A stretch of 55,454 bases of DNA, taken from an uncultured Peptoniphilaceae bacterium. GTDB lineage: Bacteria; Bacillota; Clostridia; Tissierellales; Peptoniphilaceae. Positions 10,326 through 19,374 of this stretch are shown here, one piece after another. The translations under genes and the position numbers were made by a program. The DNA is taken from positions 1 through 55,454 of the forward strand of contig CAZFXW010000001.1 in the NCBI GenBank assembly GCA_964523385.1. The letters run 5' to 3'. The notes beneath the pieces are model-generated. The model saw only the letters and a list, made by a program, of their open reading frames with translations, was not told where the DNA came from and made no database searches. How positions within the stretch are numbered: the stretch's first letter is position 1; each line of letters starts with the position of its first letter.

Positions 10326-10368
10326 ATGTATTAAAGAAACTAAGGCTAAATATATAAAATGATTTATC

Positions 10369-10396
10369 TATATGAACAGAGATACGTCCCCTGTTC
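10369..10396. repeat. 28-nt repeat, copy 2 (inverted relative to 6163-6190)
   Basis: The reverse complement of TATATGAACAGAGATACGTCCCCTGTTC equals copy 1 except for two substitutions. Confidence 0.85.
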
Positions 10397-10461
10397 TGTA
10401 AACTCGCGCAAAAAATGATAGAATAAAAGAAAAATTAACTAAAAAATAAAAGGAGGTAACC

Positions 10462-10635
10462 ATGCTAAAGAAACTACTAATGGGCCTGGTCTTTATCCTA
10501 GTCGTCTCCTTTCTAGGCCTGACAATCTACATAGGCCTGGCTACAGCCTATGGCCGCGTCTGGGGACAGTCGCCTCCTACAGGAAGGCGGATGGAATCGC
10601 CCTTACTACAATCCCATATCATTAATTTACCCTAG
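10462..10635 (+). CDS. Small hypothetical membrane protein (57 aa); 3-prime half is built from REP-like repeats
   Basis: Good RBS (AAGGAGGT, 6 nt spacer) and an N-terminal TM helix (LLMGLVFILVVSFLGLTIYIGLA). From about 10513 onward the reading frame runs through repeat units, so authenticity is uncertain. It is below the 60-aa cutoff of the ORF track. Confidence 0.3.
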   Translation: MLKKLLMGLVFILVVSFLGLTIYIGLATAYGRVWGQSPPTGRRMESPLLQSHIINLP

Positions 10636-10683
10636 CTGTAGGGATAATTGATAAAATCATGTTTTTTGATTTTTCAACTGTCC
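10513..10683. repeat. Cluster of REP-like palindromic units (BIME-like)
   Basis: Three minus-oriented units end in CTAC (10541-10544, 10577-10580, 10606-10609). One plus-oriented 46-nt unit is at 10638-10683: GTAGGGATAATTGATAAAATCatgttttttGATTTTTCAACTGTCC. Confidence 0.7.
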
Positions 10684-10857
10684 GTTTTCTCTTCACCATA
10701 GTAACAATATTAATGGATTGAATTGAAATATTAATATCAATCACGTTAATTTTTATAAAACAATTTCAAATATTTTATTAATTCAATAATTATTTATGTA
10801 ATAGGGTATAAGTGCTTTGTAGGATAAAAGATCAAATAACTCTATAGGAGGAAAACA

Positions 10858-11604
10858 ATGCTATTTGAAAATAAAGTAGTTCTTGTTACAGGTGGAACCA
10901 GAGGAATTGGCTTTGTAACGGCTAAGGCTTTCCTAGACGAAGGAGCCCAAGTAATCTTCTGTGGATCTAGAGAAGAATCTGTAGATAAAGCTAGCGCAAA
11001 ACTGTCAGAAGACTATGATAGTGGAAAATTCAAAGGAATCTGGCCAGACCTACTAGACTATGACTCCGTAGAAGCAACTTTTAAAGAAGTAGCAAAAGAG
11101 TACGGAACAATCGACGTGTTGGTAAACAATGCTGGAATCGCAGCAACTGAGCCTTTAGAGGATGTCACAGGTGAGATGTTCAAAAAAGTAATGGACTTAA
11201 ATGTAAATGCAGTCTTTTACTGTTCTAAGGCAGTCAGTGAGATAATGAAAGAAAATGGAGGCGGGGTAATCTTAAACGCATCATCAATAGTTTCTAGAGA
11301 TGGCCAAGAAACAGGTATCGCCTACCCAGTAAGTAAGTTTGCGATAAACGGCCTAACCCTATCTCTAGCAAAAGAACTTGCCAAGCACAATATAAGGGTA
11401 AATGCTGTCGGCCCAGGAATAACAAATACCGATATGGTGGCAAATACGCCTAAGGAATTAATCGAACCATTTATCGCAACTATACCCCTAGGTCGCCTAG
11501 CAGAACCAGAAGATATCGCCAACGCCTACATATTCTTAGCCAGTGACAAAGCCAGCTACATCAGTGGTCAAGTCCTATATGTAGACGGTTTAACAAGAAT
11601 ATAA
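10858..11604 (+). CDS. Short-chain dehydrogenase/reductase, FabG-like 3-oxoacyl reductase family
   Basis: TGGTRGIG cofactor motif, NNAG, catalytic Y-x3-K (YPVSK) and a PGITNT motif. RBS AGGAGGA lies upstream. Confidence 0.8.
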   Translation: MLFENKVVLVTGGTRGIGFVTAKAFLDEGAQVIFCGSREESVDKASAKLSEDYDSGKFKGIWPDLLDYDSVEATFKEVAKEYGTIDVLVNNAGIAATEPLEDVTGEMFKKVMDLNVNAVFYCSKAVSEIMKENGGGVILNASSIVSRDGQETGIAYPVSKFAINGLTLSLAKELAKHNIRVNAVGPGITNTDMVANTPKELIEPFIATIPLGRLAEPEDIANAYIFLASDKASYISGQVLYVDGLTRI

Positions 11605-11610
11605 TCAAAA

Positions 11611-11635
11611 AGTGCAGAATTTTCTGCACTTTTTT
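11611..11635 (+). terminator. Rho-independent terminator after the SDR gene
   Basis: AGTGCAGAA-ttt-TCTGCACT hairpin followed by TTTTT. Confidence 0.85.
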
Positions 11636-11657
11636 ATTTTCTTTATCCAACTATGCT

Positions 11658-11887
11658 GTAGGGACGCTTGATAAAATCGTGTTTTTCGATTTTTCAAGGG
11701 TCCAGGCCACCTTCTCATTTCCCGTTCTTCATATTTTTTGCCCGTCGTTCGGTAGGAAAGGGCCGTACCTGGACCTTCCGCTCTTCTATTCAACGTCCAT
11801 TCCTCTAATTCACCCTCCCGTATATCCGAAAAAACCTAGCAGTAGGGATAGTTGATAATCCGGTGTTTTTTCGGATTTCAACTGTCC
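11658..11887 (+). repeat. Cluster of REP-like palindromic units
   Basis: Two 46-nt GTAG-headed hairpin units at 11658-11703 and 11842-11887, plus a shorter GTAG unit at 11752-11779 (GTAG GAAAGGGCC..GGACCTTCC). Confidence 0.75.
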
Positions 11888-12056
11888 GTTTTTCTTAAAT
11901 TTTTGGTTATTAATTAATAAATAATCATAATTTTCTAAAAAAACCGAAAGTTCACATAAAAGACTTATTCTGTCTATTGGAATGTCAAATTGATTTGCTA
12001 TACTATGCTTACAAGTTAAGAAACTCAACTTGAATAAATTTCTAAAGGAGTTCAAA

Positions 12057-12788
12057 ATGAAAAATTCACGAAAAGTTATCGCAGCAGGTACACTTATGCT
12101 ATCAGCATTACTAATAATGGGGCCAGTTTCTGCCTTGGCAGAATCACAGGTCAATCAAGAAAACATAAACGAAATGTATGGGGAAGAAATTTACGCAAAA
12201 ACAATGTATGAGAAAATGGTTGAAAAGTTTGATAATGATGACTATTATCAAAGATTGATAAGAGCAGAGACTAACCATTCTAACGCTGCAAAAAGACTTA
12301 TGGACAAAAATAATATCACAGTGGTAGATAATAAAGTCGAAGTTAAGGTAGCTGATGATGAGCTAACTGCATTAAAACCGGCCTATGAGTATGAAGTAAA
12401 AGACGTTGAGACCTTAGACGAGCTAATAAAAAATACTGAGAATCCAGATGAGATTCGAGTTTATGAAAGATTAAAAGCCGGATCAGAGAGACATGCCAAG
12501 TCATTAGAAAGAGCAATCGGCCTTTATGAAGAAGGTAAAACGAAAATCGCAGAAAATATGACTGGTGGTCAAAACAAGGCAGGCAGGGGAAGAAATAACA
12601 ATAGTAGCAGTGAAGGCAACAGAGGCATGAATAACCCTGACAAAGATGGCAATAAGGTCAAAATGGAGCCTAGGGACAGAAATCCTGATGACTGTCAGTA
12701 CGAAAATAGACAAGATATGGGAATGAGAAATAATGGCCCTATAAGAGATGGTCAAGGTCAAGGACAGAAGAATAAATCAGGTAAGTAA
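12057..12788 (+). CDS. Secreted ferritin-like DUF2202-type protein with a Gly/Asn/Arg-rich tail
   Basis: Signal peptide MKNSRKVIAAGTLMLSALLIMGPVSALA. The core pattern (EEIYAKTMYEKMVEKF..RAETNHSNAAKRLM..ERLKAGSERHAKSLERA) resembles DUF2202 four-helix-bundle proteins. ATG 12057 with AAGGAG 6 nt upstream is preferred over TTG 12030. Confidence 0.55.
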   Translation: MKNSRKVIAAGTLMLSALLIMGPVSALAESQVNQENINEMYGEEIYAKTMYEKMVEKFDNDDYYQRLIRAETNHSNAAKRLMDKNNITVVDNKVEVKVADDELTALKPAYEYEVKDVETLDELIKNTENPDEIRVYERLKAGSERHAKSLERAIGLYEEGKTKIAENMTGGQNKAGRGRNNNSSSEGNRGMNNPDKDGNKVKMEPRDRNPDDCQYENRQDMGMRNNGPIRDGQGQGQKNKSGK

Positions 12789-12902
12789 AAACTTAGATAG
12801 CTCCAAGATTGTATTAACTCAATAGATTGAATAAAATAGAGTACAAGAAGTTTTCTTGTACTCTATTTGTTTTTATAAAGGAAGTCTCGTTGGGAGGGAA
12901 AG

Positions 12903-13577
12903 ATGAAGGCACTGATTGTTGATGATAATAAGCAGATAACCGAAGTGTTAAAAAGCTTTGCAACTAAAGAGGGAATGGAAGTAGAGCTGGCATATGATGG
13001 TGAAGAAGCTTGGGATAAGTTTCAAAGGGAAGAGTTTGACATTATTCTTTTAGATATTATGATGCCAAAACTCGATGGCCTAGAGCTATTAAAAAGAATA
13101 CGAAAAGTTTCCGTCATTCCAGTCATTCTAATTACCGCCAAGGGAGATGATTATGAAAGGGTAATGGGCCTTGATTATGGCGCCGACGACTATATTGTAA
13201 AGCCATTTTCCGTAGCCGAAGTAATGGCCCGAATTCGCGCCATCTTGAGGAGGGCAGATTTATCTGATTCAAATAGGCAAAAGATTGAAATAGACAACTT
13301 GACTTTAAACCTAGATGAATACTCTTGTAGCTTAGATGGAGAAGAGATCCAGCTGACGAAGAAAGAATTTGAGATACTCTGGCTTCTAGCAAGTAACAAA
13401 GACAAGGTCTTTACCAGGGATAATATATTAGATAGCCTTTGGGGAATGGATTACTATGGAGACACTCGAACGGTAGACACCCATATAAAGCGTATCAGAT
13501 CTAAACTAAAGAAAGACACCAATAAGTGGCAGGTATCAACTGTGCGTGGAGTTGGATATAAATTCGAGGTTGAGTAA
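12903..13577 (+). CDS. OmpR-family response regulator
   Basis: Receiver domain (DD..LLDIMMPKLDG..VKPF) plus a C-terminal winged-helix domain (RTVDTHIKRIRSKL..VRGVGYKF). Confidence 0.9.
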   Translation: MKALIVDDNKQITEVLKSFATKEGMEVELAYDGEEAWDKFQREEFDIILLDIMMPKLDGLELLKRIRKVSVIPVILITAKGDDYERVMGLDYGADDYIVKPFSVAEVMARIRAILRRADLSDSNRQKIEIDNLTLNLDEYSCSLDGEEIQLTKKEFEILWLLASNKDKVFTRDNILDSLWGMDYYGDTRTVDTHIKRIRSKLKKDTNKWQVSTVRGVGYKFEVE

Positions 13578-13578
13578 A

Positions 13579-15057
13579 ATGAGCCCATTGACCAGACGAT
13601 TAATTTTATATTTCCTAATTATCATCCTATCCCTTTCCACTATAAGCGGAATCCTATTCTTAAATCTAGGAAGAAAGAGCCTAGAGAATTCTTCTATAAC
13701 TTATTTAGAAAAAAGAGGATTAAGGATTTCAGCCTTTATTTCCAATATTCTAGAAGCCTCTGCATCGGAAAACAGCACGAATACGCCCAACAACTCTATA
13801 GGTTCAAAACCAAAGCGCAAAAACCAATCTCCCGGCAAAAACTTTATTAAATGGATGAATGAACTTCTGGAGACAGATATAAGAATTGTCAGCAAGGATG
13901 GAAAATTAATTGAATCAGCCTTAGACAAAAACTCCATTGATTTCAATCAACTGAATGAGAGCGAGAAAACAATCGTAAATGCTGCCTTTAATGGAGACAC
14001 CTCCTATACAAAAGAATCTTCTTTCTTAGACAATGAAAGCTCCATAACCCTGGCAACTCCAATAAAAACAAATGGAGAGATTGTGAGTGTTCTACTTTTA
14101 AACGAAAGCAATTATTCACCTAAAGAATTTATAAACTCAGGAATTTTCATTTTTCTAATCTCAACACTAGCAGGTGCTACTTTAGTGACCCTTTTGGCAA
14201 TCTACTTTTCTAATAGATTTATAGAGCCGATAAAAAAACTCAACACTACCACAAAAGAATTGATCAGCGGAAATTATAATGTGACAAGCCACATAGATCA
14301 AAAAGATGAAATCGGAGACCTTGCCTATGATTTAGATAGACTAGCAAAGCGACTAGAAATGGCCAGGATTGAAACAGAGTCTATGGAACAAATGCGCGAC
14401 GACTTTATATCCAGCATGTCCCATGAATTAAAAACACCTGTGACAGTGGTGAAATCCTCCTTAGAAGCATTAAAGGCCAAAGTCATTACCAAGCCAGAAG
14501 ATATGGAAGAATACCATGAGATCCTTTACGATGAAATGGGTCTTATGGAAAAACTAATCAACGACCTTATGGAATTAAATATGCTTAGAAATGCAAAGTT
14601 TAAAATGAACGAGGAAGAGATTAATATCTTAGAAGTTTTAAATAACTCCATTAGAAGCCAGTCTCTCATTGCCCAGGAAAAAAATATCAAAATAGAGAAA
14701 AATTACTCAGAAGATTTCTATCTTTTCCATGGAGACTATACAAGGCTAAGGCAACTGTTCACCATAATCCTCAACAATGCTATAAAGCACTCTAAAGAAA
14801 ACTCAGAAATCACCATCTATGGAAAAAAGACAGATGGAAAATTTACAGTAGAGATTCAAAATTTTGGAGAAACCATCCCAGAAGAAAGTATAGACCAGCT
14901 CTTCCAGCCTTTTTACAGGGATAAAGATACAGAAGTAAAAGGATTTGGCCTAGGCCTAGCCATCGCCAAAGAAATCGCCAACCAGCATCATATAGAAATC
15001 CTAGTAAAAAGCGACCCAGGTAAAACATCCTTCACCCTCTTTTTCCCAGACCATTAA
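13579..15057 (+). CDS. Sensor histidine kinase (two TM segments, HAMP, HisKA, HATPase_c)
   Basis: H-box SHELKTP, N-box NNAIKHS and G-box GFGLGLAIAKE. ATG 13579 lies 1 nt after the regulator stop; the alternative upstream start at 13546 overlaps the regulator. Confidence 0.85.
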   Translation: MSPLTRRLILYFLIIILSLSTISGILFLNLGRKSLENSSITYLEKRGLRISAFISNILEASASENSTNTPNNSIGSKPKRKNQSPGKNFIKWMNELLETDIRIVSKDGKLIESALDKNSIDFNQLNESEKTIVNAAFNGDTSYTKESSFLDNESSITLATPIKTNGEIVSVLLLNESNYSPKEFINSGIFIFLISTLAGATLVTLLAIYFSNRFIEPIKKLNTTTKELISGNYNVTSHIDQKDEIGDLAYDLDRLAKRLEMARIETESMEQMRDDFISSMSHELKTPVTVVKSSLEALKAKVITKPEDMEEYHEILYDEMGLMEKLINDLMELNMLRNAKFKMNEEEINILEVLNNSIRSQSLIAQEKNIKIEKNYSEDFYLFHGDYTRLRQLFTIILNNAIKHSKENSEITIYGKKTDGKFTVEIQNFGETIPEESIDQLFQPFYRDKDTEVKGFGLGLAIAKEIANQHHIEILVKSDPGKTSFTLFFPDH

Positions 15058-15064
15058 ACCACGC

Positions 15065-15320
15065 GTAGGGGAGGACCATAAAATCATCCTTTTCGATTTT
15101 TGGGCCTCCCGCATTTCCAAGTTAAACCTAGCTGTAGGGATAGTTGATAATCCGGTGTTTTTCCAGATTTCAACTGTCCACTTCTTCTGTTAACCTTCGC
15201 TGTAGTGAAGGCCACTCCGTCGGCCTTCATGAGCGCGGACAGAACCGCGCTCACTACAAACCCATTCAGTTGATTTATCCACGCCGTAGGGACCGACTGT
15301 CCCCAGGCATTCAGATCTAC
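15065..15320. repeat. Cluster of REP-like palindromic units (BIME-like, both orientations)
   Basis: Two 46-nt units at 15065-15110 and 15134-15179. GTAG+TGAAGGCC..GGCCTTCA lies at 15202-15229, abutting the inverted unit TGAGCGCGG..CCGCGCTCA+CTAC at 15230-15257. GTAG+GGGACcgactGTCCC lies at 15286-15304. Confidence 0.75.
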
Positions 15321-15368
15321 AGCCCTGCAGGGGTTACCAAATTCCAAATAAATTTGATAAAGACATAT

Positions 15369-15394
15369 CGAACATAGAACCGCCCCTTGTTCAT
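15369..15394. repeat. Diverged third copy of the GAACAGGGGAC..TGTTC repeat
   Basis: CGAACATAGAACCGCCCCTTGTTCAT aligns with 10371-10396 at roughly three quarters of positions, in the same orientation. Confidence 0.45.
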
Positions 15395-15665
15395 AAAATC
15401 CACCGAATCTAACAAGAAAATCATAAAAAATTTTGATGAAGTTCTTGATATAGCAAACTCAGAAACTGAATATAGTTTATACCAAATGAAGTATGAAGAA
15501 ATAAAAGATAATTTTTTTGAGTCTAGATAACCTTAATATGAGAGTTTTAAAGAATAAAAGTATTATTTAATTAATATTATTAAAACTTTAAATTTAGTAA
15601 CAAATGTAACAGACAATCTATAAAACTCTCCTGTATAATGAATATTATTATAGAGGAGGAGAAAA

Positions 15666-16340
15666 TTGAGACAAATTATTGAAATAGATGAAGAATTATG
15701 TATAGGTTGTGGACTTTGTGCATCAGCTTGCCACGAATCTGCAATCCAAATAATAGATGGAAAAGCTAAACTAATAAGAGAAGATTATTGTGATGGACTA
15801 GGAAATTGTCTTTCAGAATGTCCAACAGATGCAATATCCTTTATAGAAAAAGAAGCTCCAGCATACAACCCTGAAGCAGTAGCAAAACACAAAGAAACAT
15901 TACTAGGCTGTGGTTGCCCAGGATCTATGGCAGAAACCTTTGATAGAAAAGAAAAAGAATCAACAGAAGGTGACATCCAGTCAAGGCTTAATCAATGGCC
16001 AGTTCAAATAAAACTTATACCTGCAAATGCAGGATATTTTAATGGAGCAGATGTTTTAGTCGCAGCAGATTGTACAGCCTTTGCCTATGGAAATTTCCAC
16101 AGAGATTTTATGGATGGGAAAATTTCCCTAATAGGTTGTCCAAAACTTGATGATGGAGACTATACAGATAAATTGACAGAGATATTAAAAATAAATAATA
16201 TAAAAAGTCTAACATTAGCAAGAATGGAAGTACCATGTTGTGGAGGACTAGAATGTGCTGCAAGACAAGCAGTAGAAAATAGCGGTAAAAATATACCTTT
16301 AGATATTAAAGTTATATCTACAAATGGAGAAATTAGATAG
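15666..16340 (+). CDS. 4Fe-4S dicluster ferredoxin-domain protein with a Cys-rich C-terminal domain
   Basis: Two CxxCxxCxxxC(P)-type motifs (CIGCGLCASAC and CDGLGNCLSECP) and further Cys pairs (GCGCPG, GCPKLDD, VPCCGGLEC). TTG start with a strong GAGGAGGAG RBS. Confidence 0.7.
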   Translation: MRQIIEIDEELCIGCGLCASACHESAIQIIDGKAKLIREDYCDGLGNCLSECPTDAISFIEKEAPAYNPEAVAKHKETLLGCGCPGSMAETFDRKEKESTEGDIQSRLNQWPVQIKLIPANAGYFNGADVLVAADCTAFAYGNFHRDFMDGKISLIGCPKLDDGDYTDKLTEILKINNIKSLTLARMEVPCCGGLECAARQAVENSGKNIPLDIKVISTNGEIR

Positions 16341-17381
16341 TATTTAATAAATAATATTTATTTATGCACACAAAAGAGGACTAAAATAGTCATTTTTTAG
16401 TTTTTTAACTTTAACTATAAAAATTGAGCAGAACTTGATAAGTATACACTAGAATTATCTTTCAAACTTCTTCTATAAATCAATTAATAGTTAGAATTAT
16501 CAAATTTGGGTATAAAATGGCTGAAATGAAACTCGACACTAATATATCTCAAATAGGAATTTAAATATTTTGTTGGCTTTCTCTATTTTTAGCCATTTAA
16601 CTATCCCCCGTTCCCGGGGGATATGTCATAATTATTTCAATTATTTCTATTACATAATCACAATCAAATACATATTAAGTAGAATGAAATCATTCATTCC
16701 AAACAGATTAAATCAAGGTTTTGGCCCTAATACCAGAAGACTGTCAAAGGCTTAATGAGTCAAGATTAAATTACCCTTATAGGGTAATAAATATATCTTG
16801 CAAATTAGGTGTGTAAGATCATGACAAGAGAAATACTTTTGCTGATAGAAGAGCATAAATAGAAAAGACAAAGTAAATTCAAGAAAAACACGACTTAATA
16901 TAAATAACCCAATATACCGTATTCAAGAAAAAGTGAAAAAGCGTATAGAAGATTCAGACTACTATGAAAAAGCTATCCCTTTATTGAGAAAATTTAGCCC
17001 AGCCTACGATGAATATTACAAACAGTTACTTGAAGCAAATCAAAGACTTCTGGATAAAAATATATAATCTATAAATAATTTTTGTGAAAGGCGATAGAAA
17101 AAATCTATCGTCTTTTATTATCCCCAAAATCAGAAGGGAAGAATGAATAGGATTGTAGATTTTCTTAAGCATTGATTTCCTTTGGTAGTTTTAGTAAAAG
17201 ATAGGAAAAATTTTTCTGTGTATTATAATAATATATTATGAAAGTTTAATTCACTTTATATATAAGAAATAAATATTTTATTCTGAGATAGATATACTTA
17301 AGGCATTATATTATTTGTTTAAAACAGATATGATGATTATGTAAGTGATGTGGTATTCGTACTAATGAGAGGTGGTATTTT

Positions 17382-18165
17382 TTGATATATTTAAGTCATA
17401 CGCACGTTGATAAAGAAATTGTTGAACCGATAGCTAATAGACTTGCTGAAATTTATGGAAGAGATAAAATATTTTATGATAGTTGGTCTATCCAACTTGG
17501 AGATGGAATAATTGATAAGATGGAGCAGGGCTTATCTAATTTTAATATTCTTTTTTCTTTGTGTCGAAAGATAGTCTGAATAGTAATATGGTTAAAATGG
17601 AGTGGCAGAATGCTTTATATGAAGCATCAAAAGGAAATGTTAAAATTATCCCAGTGAATTAGATAGTAGTTCAATGCCTTCAATATTAACTCAAACATTA
17701 TATCTAAATCTTTACGAGAATGGCCTAGAAGTTGTCCTTATACAAATGGTAAATGTTATTGAAGGTAGAAATATATATAGTTCAGAATTTAATAAATTTA
17801 ATAATATCATTGCATATTTAAATCGCGTCAACGACAGAGAATTGGATGTTATAATTAAAGTTAAACGTTACATGGAGGCCATTTCTAGATATGTTGGAAA
17901 TAGTGAAGAGGAAATTCAATATACATATTTTTCAGACCCCTTATGTTTGTATGGATTTAATAAAGATTCAGCTATAGTAGATATAAAATGGAATATTACG
18001 TGCAAATGTATTGGCTGTTACTGTTCAACGCGCTACAGTTCCTGGGTTTCCTGTAGAAAATAAAGTAGAAATTCTATATTATTCTATGGAATTCTTAAGG
18101 CAAGTTCAGATGATAGTTATACTGAGATTCCAGTAAAAATAATATTTAATAATAATGTACTATAG
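17382..18165 (+). pseudogene. TIR-domain protein gene, disrupted by several frameshifts
   Basis: N-terminus IYLSHTHVDKEIVEPIANRLAEIYG..IFYDSWSIQLGDGI is a bacterial TIR pattern. The frame is lost at the T6 run 17551-17556, and the reading continues as FFVSKDSLNSNMVKMEWQNALYEASKGNVKIIPV. It is lost again near 17654-17661, continues as LDSSSMPSILTQTLYLNLY.. (ORF 17674-18063), and breaks further after 18000. Confidence 0.6.
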
Positions 18166-18263
18166 AAATTCTTATAAATCGGAAATAGCATTTAACTAAA
18201 GGGAAGTAATTATTAATATTAGGAGCTGATGTTCTATTAGAGCAAATAATTAATCAAAATTTT

Positions 18264-18716
18264 TTGCGAATATTAGGGACTATTTTTGTGGTAGGTGCAC
18301 TTGTCCAAGCTTATATGCTAATAATTACCAAAGATAATAGTGAATCTGATTCTTCAAAAAAAGATAAAATAGAAGAGAGTCAAAAACCAGCATCTAGAAT
18401 TCTTGAAAATACCGGTAAAATTGTTGGAATATCCTTTTCCCTTGTTTTGCTTTTCAGAATAGTTATATTCTTAATAAAGAATGAAGAACACTTAAAAACT
18501 AATTATATTTATATGGTATTTATTTTATTAAATATTTTAATGATAATGGCTTCATCATTTTTCTATATTTATAAAGTCATTAAATTTTTGTTAATAAACA
18601 GAAGAGATGAGGATGTAAAACTTGGGGAAGATGAGAAAAACAGTATATTTTATTCTTTTGCATATTTTGTATACATATATATAGAATCTAATAAAACAAG
18701 AATATTGAATTATTGA
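18264..18716 (+). CDS. Hypothetical membrane protein (very AT-rich, no clear RBS)
   Basis: A 150-aa ORF with 3-4 hydrophobic segments, a TTG start and no recognisable motif. Confidence 0.3.
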   Translation: MRILGTIFVVGALVQAYMLIITKDNSESDSSKKDKIEESQKPASRILENTGKIVGISFSLVLLFRIVIFLIKNEEHLKTNYIYMVFILLNILMIMASSFFYIYKVIKFLLINRRDEDVKLGEDEKNSIFYSFAYFVYIYIESNKTRILNY

Positions 18717-18991
18717 ATAGATTGAGGAAAATTAATCAAAATATGTTTGATTTTATATATATTTCCTTTAAATTTACTGTAACTTTCATAGTTTTATTTT
18801 ATATGATTGCAATGTTATTAATAACAATTTTAAATATAAGCACAATAAAGGTATCTAGTAGGTCAAAGTGCTTTTTATTGATTGATACTATAAAGCCTAG
18901 ATTCATTAAGTTCTTTAATATTCCTAAAAAGTATTATCGTTTTTTATTAATGAAGATGATAGTGATCTTAAAATTCCTAAAAAGCTATTAG
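18713..18991 (+). CDS. Hypothetical small membrane protein
   Basis: A 92-aa ORF overlapping the previous stop (ATTGA context), with one or two hydrophobic segments. Confidence 0.25.
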   Translation: MNRLRKINQNMFDFIYISFKFTVTFIVLFYMIAMLLITILNISTIKVSSRSKCFLLIDTIKPRFIKFFNIPKKYYRFLLMKMIVILKFLKSY

Positions 18992-19080
18992 GTACTTTTA
19001 ATTCATCTAACAATAAAGGAAAAAGTGTTTTTTATGCAATTTCATATATAATTGTAATTTGTATAGAGTGTACTTTTCAT

Positions 19081-19374
19081 TTGTTCTATGCACTAATTAA
19101 ATTAGTTTTTATGTTTATAGTGGGTATTTTTGTGTTTATTAATAAAATTTACAACGTAACCAAAGAAAAATTAGTTTTCCTTACAGATAATATTGGGATA
19201 TCAATTTATCGAATAGAACTGTTGGCAATTATAATAGCAGTTTTGAATGTGTATATTAGTCTAGTAACTACAGATATTGTTGCTGAAAGCAGTATATCAA
19301 TTTTTGAATTTGTTAGCAGTGTACTTTTAATACCAGTAATATTAGCTGAAATTTTAGAAGCTAAAAAAAGTTAG
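19081..19374 (+). CDS. Hypothetical small membrane protein
   Basis: A 97-aa ORF with three hydrophobic segments and a TTG start. Confidence 0.25.
   Translation: MFYALIKLVFMFIVGIFVFINKIYNVTKEKLVFLTDNIGISIYRIELLAIIIAVLNVYISLVTTDIVAESSISIFEFVSSVLLIPVILAEILEAKKS

Noticed and set aside
11605-12154. Minus-strand ORFs 11605-11793 and 11810-12154.
   Set aside because: They cover the REP-like cluster and the promoter and 5-prime end of the DUF2202-like gene. There is no RBS, and the translation is repeat-derived.
10513-15320. Possibility that the repeated palindromes are a CRISPR array.
   Set aside because: The units are not regularly spaced direct repeats with unique spacers of similar length. They occur in both orientations, are separated by whole genes, and no cas genes are present.
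15084-15377. ORFs 15084-15347 (minus) and 15144-15377 (plus).
   Set aside because: Both run entirely through the REP-like palindrome cluster. Their openness is a by-product of the repeats, and neither has an RBS or a recognisable motif.
16570-16755. ORF 16570-16755, and the strong GC hairpin ATCCCCCG-ttcc-CGGGGGAT at 16601-16620 that it contains.
   Set aside because: The ORF has no RBS and an implausible composition. The hairpin has no flanking T or A run, so it is not a convincing terminator. It is recorded only as an oddity in an AT-rich remnant region, as is the palindrome ATTACCCTtatAGGGTAAT at about 16771-16789.
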